Of a stretch of DNA of 64,000 bases, positions 47,597 to 57,672 are shown piece after piece. The translations under genes and the position numbers were made by a program. A model generated the notes under the pieces. That model ran no database searches. It was not told where the DNA came from and saw only the letters and a program-made list of their open reading frames with translations. This stretch comes from Bdellovibrionota bacterium. Lineage in GTDB: Bacteria > Bdellovibrionota > UBA1018 > CAIPTA01 > JAALKR01. The stretch covers positions 480,001 through 544,000 of the forward strand of contig CBDBMJ010000001.1 in the NCBI GenBank assembly GCA_965207455.1, given 5' to 3'. Position 1 is the stretch's first letter. The number at the start of each line of letters is the position of its first letter.

Positions 47597-48697
47597 TTGT
47601 TTTCTAAAATACAAATTCCAAAAGACCTACTTCCAGAGGATGGGCGTTTTGGGTGTGGACCGTCAAGGATTCGCCCTGAGTTCCTACACCGTCTCCTAGA
47701 GATACAAACCACTTATTTAGGCACCAGCCACCGCAAACCGGGGGTGAAAAACAGGGTTGGTCATGTTTTCGAACTTTTGCGTTCTTTTTTCCGTATTCCC
47801 GAAGACTACAAAATTGCTGGAGGCAATGGGTCTGCCTCCATTGTATGGGACATGATTACGTTTGGGCTGGTAGAAAAGCAATCCCTGCATTTTGTGAATG
47901 GGGAGTTTTCCTCCAAGTGGTATAAGTCTGCGTCCATGAGTAATTTTATTGAAAGTGGAAAAATAGAGGCCGCTCCAGGGGACTTGCCTGCTTTTCAAGA
48001 GGATCCTAACTACGACGTTCATTGTATTACATGGAATGAAACCTCCACAGGAGTAATGTATCCCTGTGCTCCTAAGTGCAAAGATTCCTTACTTGCCGTG
48101 GATGCCACCTCTGCTGCTGGATGTTTACATTGGGATCAGCCGGACCTTTTTTATTTTTCTCCTCAAAAAGCATTGGGGTCCGAGGGAGGACTCTGGATAG
48201 GATTCTTTTCTCCCCGTTGTATAGAGCAAATTGAGCGAGTAAAAAAAACAAATCGTTATATTCCAGCTATGCTGGATTTTACCACTGCCCTTAGTAATGG
48301 AGAGTCCAACCAAACCTATAATACACCCTCGCTTGTTACTTTATATCTTTTAGAGCAACAGCTGGAATATTATAATGAACTGGGAATGGAACGCATTGAA
48401 AAGGATCAAGAGGAGAAGTTTGCTTTGATGGAGCGTTGGGTGGAGAGTAGACCAGAGTTAAGTTTTTATGTTAAAAACCCAGAACATCGATCCAAAACAA
48501 CCGTTACTATTAACTTAGTAAAAGATATTCCCCATGGAGATCTTTGCACCACTCTCCGGTCCCATGGTATTTTAGATATAGAGGCCTATCGTAAACTAGG
48601 GGAAAATCAAATTCGTATTGCCCTTTTTCCCAACATCAGCAAGACGGAGTTGGAAAAACTTATAGCGTCGATTAATTATCTTTTGGACAAACGATAA
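47597..48697 (+). CDS. serC: Phosphoserine aminotransferase (actinobacterial-like subtype)
   Basis: LLPEDGRFGCGPS, GTSHRK, NETSTGV, DATS, FSPQK, QTYNTP; AGGAGG RBS. Confidence 0.88.
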   Translation: MFSKIQIPKDLLPEDGRFGCGPSRIRPEFLHRLLEIQTTYLGTSHRKPGVKNRVGHVFELLRSFFRIPEDYKIAGGNGSASIVWDMITFGLVEKQSLHFVNGEFSSKWYKSASMSNFIESGKIEAAPGDLPAFQEDPNYDVHCITWNETSTGVMYPCAPKCKDSLLAVDATSAAGCLHWDQPDLFYFSPQKALGSEGGLWIGFFSPRCIEQIERVKKTNRYIPAMLDFTTALSNGESNQTYNTPSLVTLYLLEQQLEYYNELGMERIEKDQEEKFALMERWVESRPELSFYVKNPEHRSKTTVTINLVKDIPHGDLCTTLRSHGILDIEAYRKLGENQIRIALFPNISKTELEKLIASINYLLDKR

Positions 48698-48713
48698 GAA
48701 CATTGCCGATATA

Positions 48714-49649
48714 GTGAAAAGCATAATGGTTGTAGAGAAAACAAAAAAAACTGCCTTTCTATTTCCCGGTCAAGGTGCCCAGTTTGTGGGCATGGGAAAG
48801 AAATTACTGGAAGATTTTCCGTTAGCGAATCAAGTTTTTGAAGAAGCCAGTGAAGCCTTGGACTTTGATCTAAAGAAACTTTGCCTCTTTGGACCGGAGG
48901 ACGAACTCCAACGTACAAAGAATACACAACCTGCCATACTGGGACTCTCCACGGCAGTTTATCGAGTGCTACAAGCAGAAACAGATCTAAGGCCTCATTT
49001 AGTGGCTGGACATTCCCTCGGGGAATACAGCGCGCTGGTAGCCGCAGGTGCATTGGAATTTCCCCAAGCTGTGCGTATGGTGCATAAGCGAGGGGAATGT
49101 ATGCAAAGAGCGGTTCCAGAAGGAGAGGGAGCCATGGCAGCGCTCATTGGCTGCTCCCATGCTATTGCCCAAAAGATTTGTGAAGAAGCTCAGAAAACCC
49201 ATGGTGTTTGTGAAGTAGCCAACTTCAATGGAGGTGGGCAGATTGTAATTTCTGGTCATAAGAAAGCCGTAGATGTGGCTATGATCCTAGCAACGGAAGA
49301 GAAACTTAGAGCAGTGCCCCTAGCTGTTTCAGCACCATTTCACTGCTCCCTTATGCGTCCAGCTGCAGAGGAGCTTCTTCCCATTTTAAACAAGCTTATA
49401 GTCCATGAACTTTCCCTTCCCTATATTCCCAACGTGTGGGCCCATCTTTGCGACGATCACCATCAGATAGTGAAGAACCTTTATCAGCAGGTAGATCAAT
49501 CAGTGTTGTGGGAACAGAGTATGGAGCAGTTACCACAACTGGGTATAGAACAGTGTTTTGAAATTGGACCACGCAGAACACTGAGTGGGTTTATGCGCAG
49601 GATTTGCAAGATTCCTTGTACAAGCTTGGACTATGTGCCTTTATCGTAG
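48714..49649 (+). CDS. fabD: Malonyl-CoA:ACP transacylase
   Basis: FPGQGAQFVGMG, GHSLGEYSAL, VSAPFHC. Confidence 0.96.
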   Translation: MKSIMVVEKTKKTAFLFPGQGAQFVGMGKKLLEDFPLANQVFEEASEALDFDLKKLCLFGPEDELQRTKNTQPAILGLSTAVYRVLQAETDLRPHLVAGHSLGEYSALVAAGALEFPQAVRMVHKRGECMQRAVPEGEGAMAALIGCSHAIAQKICEEAQKTHGVCEVANFNGGGQIVISGHKKAVDVAMILATEEKLRAVPLAVSAPFHCSLMRPAAEELLPILNKLIVHELSLPYIPNVWAHLCDDHHQIVKNLYQQVDQSVLWEQSMEQLPQLGIEQCFEIGPRRTLSGFMRRICKIPCTSLDYVPLS

Positions 49650-51110
49650 ACTTTGCTTGTCTATTTCCTTAGCTTTTTTTATAATATTCATTGTTCCAGA
49701 GTAGAATTTTTCTTTATTAAATCCCACTGTCCTTCTAAGAAGTATTGATTGTTCTTGACCTACAAATCGAGATGTGATTTTGTAAGCTGTATGGTTTTCA
49801 TCTATTGGTCGTACCATGAGTACAGTAGAATGGGACTTTACGGTAGTAGTGCATTCTTTAATAGAGCTTTGATTTGAAGGTGTGCAGCTCAAGCCTAGGA
49901 ACTGAATAATAAGATCATAACCATCGTTTTTGTTTCCTCTTTTTAAAATGGCATATGTGGCATTTATATCTTCTACAAAGAACTGATTTGCATCTTTCTT
50001 TGTAGAGTGGTTTAAATAGCTTCCCTCTCCCCAAAAAGCACTTCTATTTTCCATTGTCTCTTTTCTATGATCAAATAAGCTATCTGGAGGATAGGTTTCC
50101 GCAGTATTGCTTCCATTAAAGCCAGCAGTGGGTAGACCATGCAGGTATAAATAAGCCTTGAGTATGGAGTCTATTGAAGTAGGTACGATGGCGTAGATAT
50201 CGAAAGCAATGGTTCTATATTTCTCTAAATCACCGTCCTTTTCTTTTGAAAGCGTTTCCGCTAGCGCACGATTTACATCTACATAAATTTTATTTCTATT
50301 TTTTTCTATCTTTTTAAGAACCGTAGGTCGGAAGAATTTTAATTTTTTAGAGAAATTACTGTTTTTAGAAAAGTCTTTTACCCTATCCTGTAAAAGAAGA
50401 AAGCTTTCTTTTTCTCGTAATTTTTTAAAATCATCAATGAATTCATTTATTATGAGGTTTGAGGTATATATTTCTGAAAAATTAAAGAGAATTTCATTTG
50501 CATTTTTATGGAAATTTTTATTTACAGCATAAATCGATCTACTTTCTTCCATTAAGGAGTTCGATCGAGAATTGTTTGTTATTCCTATAGTAAGACTGCT
50601 AGAAGTAGCTTTCATTTTCTCGTATGCCAACTCTTTTTTATACCAGGACCAAACAACGTCAAGGAAAGCTCCCCCTTGGGGTCTAGAATAACTTCTCTTT
50701 TTATTAATAAAAACCTCTTTTTCATAGGTATGTATAAGAAATTTATTTTTTTCTTTTTGGTGCTGAGGATTTTCAGGGTCAAAGTTAGCCGTTTTACTTA
50801 ACCATTTTTTAAGAAGATTTTTCCATTTTTTTGACTGTTCAAAACTTGTGGGTTTGAATTTCTTAGAGAAATCAGTAATTTTTTCCTCCATATCCTCGAA
50901 GTTTTTTACTCTCTTTATAGAAAGAGTGTTTATTACTTTATAGAGCCAACGGTAGTAGTCCAGTCGATCTATGGAGCCGGGAATTTTTAGACTGCCCGGT
51001 GCTGGGACCACAGATTTTGAATCTACCCAAATTTTCTTATTTGATCCCAATGCATGGGTAGTATGTGTAGCAAGAATAAAAAGTAATAATAGGGTTTTCG
51101 TATGTTTCAT
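49641..51110 (-). CDS. Hypothetical secreted protein
   Basis: 489-aa ORF with signal peptide and GGAGG RBS; no family confidently recognised. Confidence 0.78.
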   Translation of the reverse strand: MKHTKTLLLLFILATHTTHALGSNKKIWVDSKSVVPAPGSLKIPGSIDRLDYYRWLYKVINTLSIKRVKNFEDMEEKITDFSKKFKPTSFEQSKKWKNLLKKWLSKTANFDPENPQHQKEKNKFLIHTYEKEVFINKKRSYSRPQGGAFLDVVWSWYKKELAYEKMKATSSSLTIGITNNSRSNSLMEESRSIYAVNKNFHKNANEILFNFSEIYTSNLIINEFIDDFKKLREKESFLLLQDRVKDFSKNSNFSKKLKFFRPTVLKKIEKNRNKIYVDVNRALAETLSKEKDGDLEKYRTIAFDIYAIVPTSIDSILKAYLYLHGLPTAGFNGSNTAETYPPDSLFDHRKETMENRSAFWGEGSYLNHSTKKDANQFFVEDINATYAILKRGNKNDGYDLIIQFLGLSCTPSNQSSIKECTTTVKSHSTVLMVRPIDENHTAYKITSRFVGQEQSILLRRTVGFNKEKFYSGTMNIIKKAKEIDKQSLR

Positions 51111-51448
51111 GTTAAGCCCTCCAGAGACCTTGTTTCACCTTTTAAAAAAAATCATGACGACCATGACGCGCAAAAAAATGATTTCCCTTTTAATACAGCA
51201 TTTTCTTAAAAAAAAGTAGTAAAAAACAGAATTAGAAATGTGCGTCATATCATTTTTTTATTATGTTATTTTTGTTCCTTAGGAAAAGGACTTTTCCGTG
51301 TAAAGAAAAAAACCAATCCCACTGGGTGCACCTCTTACCATGTAGCGCTTACTCATTCGGCAAAAATAGTTGACTATTAAGGTCTTGTTATGGTAACTTA
51401 ATAAGAATGATGAAAATTAAATATGGGAGAAAAGGGAGAAAAAATACG

Positions 51449-52372
51449 ATGAGTCAGACACTGAAAATACTATGCATAGCGCTAGTATCGTTACTGTTTT
51501 CCAGTGAGAGCTTGGCCTTTGGTTCAAAAGCGAAAAAATCGAAAAAGGAGGAAGCGATACAAGCTATTCCCATACGTTATGTGAATATGGAACACTTCAC
51601 AGTGCCTTCCTTTTATTTGCCTGACGGTAACCGTGTAGACATGAACGTTAATCTGGAAAGGATTGTGGAAAATGAAATTAATAATAGTAGTTATTTTCGT
51701 ATTAGAAATAATAATGAAAATGATGAAAATCAACTTTGCATTAGTCCCAGCATTACCAGCTTAGAACTTAATATATTGCAATTAAATTTAAAGATTGGTT
51801 GGAATCCCAAAGGTGCTGTATCCGTACCTATAATTAATAATATTAGCGGTGAGTTGGATATTAGTCTAAGTAACCTATCCATAGACGTAAAAGTATATAA
51901 CTGTGTTACTGGAGAAACGTACCTATCCTCTTATACAGATCAAACTCTTTCTGAATTACGTTTTACGCTTTCTGCAGGAATAAGTGAAATTCAAGCAGAA
52001 TTAAATTTTGTTACGAGGAGTAAACTTTCTGAAGCCGTTCGCACGGCTACCTCGGATATACTCAAAAATATGGAAGGTCATTCAGACTTCCATTCCGTAC
52101 CTTGGAATGCAAGAGTGAGTGGCGTAGATTCCAATAGAGGTGAGTTATTTATTAATGTTGGTACAAGGGCTGGTTTACGAAAAAACCAGGTGTATTCAGT
52201 ATATAGTCATTGTAATTCGAGGCCTCGTTGCTTTCAGCGATTTCTTTCAGATATAAAAATTATCAACACAAAGATTAACTCATCAACAGCCGTTCCTCTC
52301 ACTAGTAGTGATTCCATAGAAAGAGTTAAATCTGATGATCTTCTATATGTGAAAGTATTAAGTAGGGATTAG
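51449..52372 (+). CDS. Secreted CsgG/FlgT-like protein
   Basis: Signal peptide from ATG 51449; alpha/beta core with long beta hairpins; FlgT-C-like LFINVGTRAGLRKNQVYSVY. Confidence 0.65.
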   Translation: MSQTLKILCIALVSLLFSSESLAFGSKAKKSKKEEAIQAIPIRYVNMEHFTVPSFYLPDGNRVDMNVNLERIVENEINNSSYFRIRNNNENDENQLCISPSITSLELNILQLNLKIGWNPKGAVSVPIINNISGELDISLSNLSIDVKVYNCVTGETYLSSYTDQTLSELRFTLSAGISEIQAELNFVTRSKLSEAVRTATSDILKNMEGHSDFHSVPWNARVSGVDSNRGELFINVGTRAGLRKNQVYSVYSHCNSRPRCFQRFLSDIKIINTKINSSTAVPLTSSDSIERVKSDDLLYVKVLSRD

Positions 52373-52393
52373 GAAATTGTTTTAGATTGGGGT

Positions 52394-54790
52394 ATGAATG
52401 TAATGCAAAAAAATATATATTTAACTATATTCATTATTATCAGCCCTATACTTATATTAAATTCTTGCAAGGATGATGATGAGAAAGAATCCGCACCAAG
52501 AGTTAAACGTGTTATAAGATTAAAATCTATCCCCACTGTTTTTATTGAATTGGAAGATGGCGCTCGATATGGAATGGGGGAAAATTTATACAATAGATTA
52601 ACCACTGTTTTAAAAAACAGTGGTCACTTCATTGTTTTAGTGGATAGGGAAAACCTCGATGATCCTTCAGAAAAACAGAGCGATAAAAGAAATCTATCAG
52701 GGTCGGAAGAAGAGGAATTATCAAAATATGATCCAAGTGATAGGTTGCATTTCAACTTTCCTCCAATGGCAGCAGCAGAATTCTCTGCCGATATAGAAGG
52801 ATTAAGCTTCAGTCACAATAGTAAAGCCTTACGTACTTTCAATGGGTTTAAGAAGGATTTTCGCACTCCTTGGAATAGTGGTGAACTAAGTAGTGAAAAT
52901 GAATTTAAATCACGAAGCCATGAATTTCAAAGCAATTGGTTTGGAAATACATTTGATTCCATAGGGGATGAAACAGATAATACAATTTCTGGAGTGAATG
53001 CTGGACAAGAGGGAGAGTTTAGCATTGTGGTTGCAGACGTACATTACCGGCGAGATAGTTTTCGTTCAATGGCTGAATTAAATACTCGATTAAAAATCCT
53101 CTCAAAAAGAAAAATTCAAGAACAAACCATACTAGCACAGGGGAGTGGATTTTTATTTGCATTAGGTGTGGATCTTCTTGGACTCTCAGTTAATTTTGGT
53201 ATAGTAAAAAATGATGCTTTAAAGAAAGTTTTTGAGCAATCGGTGGCTTTAATAGCAGAAGAAATTAAAATCGAATTAGCAAAAATACCATTTCAAACTA
53301 GAATAGAGTTCATAAGTACTACAGATGGCATTATTATTAATGCTGGTAGACGAGAAGGGATTCAAGCTGGTGATATTTTTAAGCATAATTATGGGAAAGA
53401 AACCACAACGTTGAAAGTAATAGAAGCGTTTCATATTGGATCTGTGGTGGAGGTGGTGGATGGATCTTCGGAAGTTCTTAAAGAGCAAGCACTAATTACA
53501 TGGGACGAGAATGGCACTATCAATGAAAAAAGAAAAGAAAAAGTGGAGAAAATTTCCAGCAAGAGTGTGAAAAATATAGCGTTGAAAAGATTAAAAAAGA
53601 TAACTCTGAAGGAATTAGCATTAAATGAATTGTCAGATAACTCTAAAAATTTCGCTCTATTGGAAGGCTCATCTTCAGATAGTGGGATCGATAGGTCAGG
53701 TTCAGTGGAAACAAAAGAAACAAAGAAAGTTTATTTCGATGCTCCAGAGTTCTCTTATGCAGATGGGCGAGATTCCAGCGATTTAAATAAATTGAAAAAA
53801 ACAATAGTATTGTTTCGTTTGCTAGAACGCTGGCGTCAGTACGACCAGGGTGTGGTCATGGAACGAAACCTCCAAAATAAAATAAATATAATGCAAAAAG
53901 CACAAGAGCAGTGGAATTTAAAAGAAATCGAAACGGCTGAATCTTGGCGTGATTTCTTTCCTAACCTTTCAGGGTTAGGGAGTGGAGTGAAAATAGCTAT
54001 CATAGATAGTGGAGTGGATTATAATCATAATAATTTATTCCAAAGCTTTGTACGCAGCAATGTTGGCTGGGATTTTTTCGGCAATGATGAACGACCATTT
54101 GATGACAATAGCCATGGCACAGCTATTGCTGGTATCATTGCTGCCCAAGGTATAGGAGGGGAGCCTGTGGGTATTGCTCCAGATGCAAAGCTATTGTCCT
54201 ACCGGGTTTTTAATCCTTATGGAGAGACAAGCTCTGCCGCTATTTATGCTGCCTTTGAAAGAGCAGTTGCAGATGGTGCTCATATTATTGTAACAGCCTG
54301 GGATACTCAGAGAAAATCCAAAGCACTAGAGGATGGCATTAGGCTTGCAGGAAAAGCTGGTATACTTGTTGTGGCTGCCGCAGGAGATAATGGGAAAAAT
54401 TTAGAGGAAGAGGTTCACTACCCAGGGGAATGGGGTACATATCCTCATGTGATTACAGTGGCTGCTTTAAATAAAGAAGGAAATATTTCTCAAGTGTTTG
54501 CTCGCCATAGTAATTACAGCCCCAGTCTTGTAAGTTTAGCGGCACCAGGAGAGGCTCTTAATGTGCTAGCTCCCCGGAGTAATTATTTAACTAGAGGGGG
54601 ATCGGACATGGCCGCAGCCCATGTGGCAGGAGCCGCAGCTCTTATACTATCCCTATATCCCAGACTACAAGGACCAGAGTTGAAATACTTTCTCCTAAAG
54701 GGAGCCACAAAAGCAGAACACCTAAGACCCTATGTGCTTCGAGGACAAAAATTGAATATAGCAGAGACATTAAAGAAATTAAGTAATTAA
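52394..54790 (+). CDS. Lipoprotein: CsgG/FlgT-like N-terminus + S8 subtilase-like domain with altered catalytic site
   Basis: Lipobox LNSC; IIINAGRREGIQAGDIF; IIDSG and HGTAIAG present, but AAGD and GGSDMA replace AAGN and SGTSMA. Confidence 0.82.
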   Translation: MNVMQKNIYLTIFIIISPILILNSCKDDDEKESAPRVKRVIRLKSIPTVFIELEDGARYGMGENLYNRLTTVLKNSGHFIVLVDRENLDDPSEKQSDKRNLSGSEEEELSKYDPSDRLHFNFPPMAAAEFSADIEGLSFSHNSKALRTFNGFKKDFRTPWNSGELSSENEFKSRSHEFQSNWFGNTFDSIGDETDNTISGVNAGQEGEFSIVVADVHYRRDSFRSMAELNTRLKILSKRKIQEQTILAQGSGFLFALGVDLLGLSVNFGIVKNDALKKVFEQSVALIAEEIKIELAKIPFQTRIEFISTTDGIIINAGRREGIQAGDIFKHNYGKETTTLKVIEAFHIGSVVEVVDGSSEVLKEQALITWDENGTINEKRKEKVEKISSKSVKNIALKRLKKITLKELALNELSDNSKNFALLEGSSSDSGIDRSGSVETKETKKVYFDAPEFSYADGRDSSDLNKLKKTIVLFRLLERWRQYDQGVVMERNLQNKINIMQKAQEQWNLKEIETAESWRDFFPNLSGLGSGVKIAIIDSGVDYNHNNLFQSFVRSNVGWDFFGNDERPFDDNSHGTAIAGIIAAQGIGGEPVGIAPDAKLLSYRVFNPYGETSSAAIYAAFERAVADGAHIIVTAWDTQRKSKALEDGIRLAGKAGILVVAAAGDNGKNLEEEVHYPGEWGTYPHVITVAALNKEGNISQVFARHSNYSPSLVSLAAPGEALNVLAPRSNYLTRGGSDMAAAHVAGAAALILSLYPRLQGPELKYFLLKGATKAEHLRPYVLRGQKLNIAETLKKLSN

Positions 54791-54794
54791 AGAC

Positions 54795-54825
54795 AGAAAA
54801 CAGGTAGAGATACCTGCTTTTGTTC
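54795..54825 (+). terminator. Probable intrinsic terminator
   Basis: CAGGTA-GAGA-TACCTG followed by CTTTTGTT. Confidence 0.55.
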
Positions 54826-54864
54826 TGTGAACTTTTAAAAAAACACCATAATTGTAATACACCC

Positions 54865-54891
54865 TAAAGTTCACACGCAGGCTACCGATAG
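54865..54891 (+). promoter_or_regulatory. Sigma28 (FliA)-like promoter
   Basis: TAAA-N15-ACCGATAG. Confidence 0.55.
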
Positions 54892-54898
54892 GTATTAT

Positions 54899-55273
54899 AT
54901 GGATAGTGTTGTAAATAAAAGAAAACGGAGTAGAGCAAAGAAAAAAGCATTTTCAGTGTATAGTTCTGACCCTTTATTCATGATATTTGAAAAACAATTA
55001 TATGATTTCGAGTATAACGACAAGGATAGTTTTGTTGAAGAGGTTGTGAGTTGTTTTTTTGAACTGATAACGAAAAAAAATATTTCCTTTCCCGTTCAAG
55101 AAAAAATGGAATTAAAGAGCAACGCTTTTCGAGAAGTGCGCCAAATGCTAACGTATAAAATTTATGGTTGCCTTACTGTTATTGATGATAAAAAAAGCAA
55201 ACCAAAGAAGCTGAAATTTCTCCATGATCCAAACATGAATTTGCAACGTTGTTTAGAAAATCTCATGAAATAA
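54899..55273 (+). CDS. Small hypothetical cytoplasmic protein
   Basis: 124-aa ORF filling the intergenic space downstream of the promoter motif. Confidence 0.65.
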   Translation: MDSVVNKRKRSRAKKKAFSVYSSDPLFMIFEKQLYDFEYNDKDSFVEEVVSCFFELITKKNISFPVQEKMELKSNAFREVRQMLTYKIYGCLTVIDDKKSKPKKLKFLHDPNMNLQRCLENLMK

Positions 55274-55276
55274 CAT

Positions 55277-56536
55277 TTAGTAATGCATGGAAATGGGAGA
55301 AGAATTATTTGACTGGTGGTCTTTCCTATAAAAAGGACTAAGAACTCGTTTCATTGCCTGTTGCACTTGCGCAGCCTTATAGTTTTTGTGGGCCGCTAAA
55401 CCCACCTGTGACTCTTCAAAACCCTGGCTATCCATGATTTGCACTTCAAAGGGATAGAAGAAAGCCTGTTCTCTAAAGATATGGGTTAGGTCGATTCGTT
55501 CTGCGTAAGCTTTTAACGATTTATCAGAAGACTCTTTAATGGCATTCTTTAAATTTTTCACATCATCAAAAACAGAACTTCTATACTTGACCAACTGACG
55601 ACAGGTGAACTGTATGGCCATATAGTTGTTGTTCGTAAATGGATTTTTTAAATCTTTCTGATTTGTCAATTCACCTTGTAGGGCACGCTCAATGTAAGCA
55701 TCTATCTCACCAGTGGAACGTAACAAGTCTTTTCGTGCTTCAAAGCGTGCTCCTCTCCAAATTCGTCGGTAAAGAAAGGGATTTATCAGACTGTTTCGGG
55801 AACGGGAGGGCTTAATATTTCCAGGTATTACAATATACTTGTCTCGTAAATATTTAAGAACCCTTAGGGCATCGACGCGTGTGCCGGTCACAAATCGAAC
55901 CCCCACCTGATCATATATATCCTCTGCCACATTTTCTTTCTTATGTAAAAGTTTTAATATTTGAGATTCTCTAGATTTCCGAGGCTTTGTCTGGAACTTC
56001 ACCAGTGGTATGGATTCAGAAGATTTCACGGGACCTAAAGAAATAGTATTCTCTTCCCCGTGAATAGCTTTATAAAATCGGTCGAAAATTTGTTGCTGAA
56101 TAATTCCAAAATAGTCGGCACGAATGTCCTTATCCAAATGAATAATCGTGTGCATTACCTTCATGATGGCACAAGTCCAATGGGTACGTTCCGCACTTTT
56201 AATATCTTTATCTAAACTATAGGCAATGAGTTTCTTTAAATCAGAAATGTTTAAAAAATAACTGGGAATTTCTTGAAGCAATCCATGGGGATTTTCTGGC
56301 TGCAAAAAGTGCTTTTTGATAAACTGAATGGCCTCATGGTATACGCCCATGAGTTCTGCGGATTGAATGGGGTCGTCTAAATTATATCCATAGGATCGCA
56401 TAAAATCAATGATGCCACTTTCATCGTCCATCAAGGATATGTTAGTGTCCATTGCACTGTGTCCACCGATCATTACATCTAGAATATCCCGGTCGAGTCG
56501 CAAAGAGTCTAAATAATTTTCTAAGTCTATATGCAA
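55277..56536 (-). CDS. TIGR04552/TIGR04562-like protein (RelA/SpoT-like nucleotidyltransferase fold)
   Basis: KLLHKKENVAEDIYDQVGVRF, NYMAIQF, PFEVQI, AHKNYK motifs. Confidence 0.78.
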   Translation of the reverse strand: MHIDLENYLDSLRLDRDILDVMIGGHSAMDTNISLMDDESGIIDFMRSYGYNLDDPIQSAELMGVYHEAIQFIKKHFLQPENPHGLLQEIPSYFLNISDLKKLIAYSLDKDIKSAERTHWTCAIMKVMHTIIHLDKDIRADYFGIIQQQIFDRFYKAIHGEENTISLGPVKSSESIPLVKFQTKPRKSRESQILKLLHKKENVAEDIYDQVGVRFVTGTRVDALRVLKYLRDKYIVIPGNIKPSRSRNSLINPFLYRRIWRGARFEARKDLLRSTGEIDAYIERALQGELTNQKDLKNPFTNNNYMAIQFTCRQLVKYRSSVFDDVKNLKNAIKESSDKSLKAYAERIDLTHIFREQAFFYPFEVQIMDSQGFEESQVGLAAHKNYKAAQVQQAMKRVLSPFYRKDHQSNNSSPISMHY

Positions 56537-56644
56537 AAAACGTTCCTTTCCAGCTAAGGCTAAATGATTTTTTATAAAATTACCACAGCAGATCCCTAGA
56601 TTTTGTTGACTTTATGTGTTGCTGTCGTCAAAATAAAAGACAAT

Positions 56645-57100
56645 ATGCAAATGAAATTTATTAGCACACCCATAGCAACCTTTTTTTTTACTGGCTACCT
56701 TCCCAAAATGCCCGGTACCTGGGGGTCGCTGGCAGCTCTTCCCCTAGCTTGGTTTCTTTGGCAATACTCCCTTCCCATCGTATGTATTTTTCTTGTCTTG
56801 CTTGCCATACTAGGAACTTGGGCTGCCCACCAATACGATAAAGAAAGCCGGACCAAAGATAATAAACATATTGTAATTGATGAAGTCCTGGGCATTCTTA
56901 TTGCTGCCTCCTTAGCTCAACACCGTCTTTTAGATTATGCGATGGTGTTTCTATTATTTCGTTTTTTTGATATCTGGAAACCCTTTCCCGTGAGTTGGTT
57001 CGATCAGAATGTTTCTGGAGGATTGGGAGTTATGCTAGACGACGTGGTTGCAGGACTGATCGTTGTACTTCTATTTTTTATTTCTTCTTATTTCCTATAG
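56645..57100 (+). CDS. pgpA: Phosphatidylglycerophosphatase A
   Basis: PGTWGS, IVIDEVLG, FRFFDIWKPFPV, GGLGVMLDD. Confidence 0.95.
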   Translation: MQMKFISTPIATFFFTGYLPKMPGTWGSLAALPLAWFLWQYSLPIVCIFLVLLAILGTWAAHQYDKESRTKDNKHIVIDEVLGILIAASLAQHRLLDYAMVFLLFRFFDIWKPFPVSWFDQNVSGGLGVMLDDVVAGLIVVLLFFISSYFL

Positions 57101-57119
57101 TGAAGAGGAGGGTTGATGA

Positions 57120-57620
57120 GTGTCTCAAGATAGTAAAGTTTTTGATGAGTCCCTTCCTAAAATAGTGCTGGAACTTTTATCGTCGAAAAATAAAACATTG
57201 GCAACGGCAGAGTCCTGCACGGGCGGTCTTTTAGGAAAACGATTAACGGATTACCCAGGAGCTTCCCAGGTATACCAAGGAGGTGTGGTGACCTACTCCA
57301 ATCAAGCCAAAGAAATTGTTGGCGTGCGCCCAGCGACCTTAAAAAAGTACGGAGCTGTTAGCAAGGAAGTGGCAGAGGAAATGGCACGGGGAGTTTGTGA
57401 AAAATTACACGCTGATTATGGTATTGGGATTACGGGAATATCTGGACCTGGTGGTGGCAGTGCAGAAAAACCGGTGGGCACTACTTTTGTCGTTATTTTT
57501 GGCAACCAGTGTAGGATTTTCAAACATGCGTCGACTAAGAAAAGCCATGGGAGCCGCGCACAAAACCGTGACTATGCTTCCAACCTTGCATTGGATATGA
57601 TACGGCTAGAGTTAAAGTAA
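57120..57620 (+). CDS. cinA: CinA C-terminal / PncC NMN deamidase
   Basis: ATAESCTGG, GAVSKEVAEEMARG, TGISGPGGGSAEKPVG. Confidence 0.92.
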   Translation: MSQDSKVFDESLPKIVLELLSSKNKTLATAESCTGGLLGKRLTDYPGASQVYQGGVVTYSNQAKEIVGVRPATLKKYGAVSKEVAEEMARGVCEKLHADYGIGITGISGPGGGSAEKPVGTTFVVIFGNQCRIFKHASTKKSHGSRAQNRDYASNLALDMIRLELK

Positions 57621-57672
57621 TTTATAGTCAAATTGAAAGATAAACTAAAAACAATAAGGAGGGGTCTCAACT

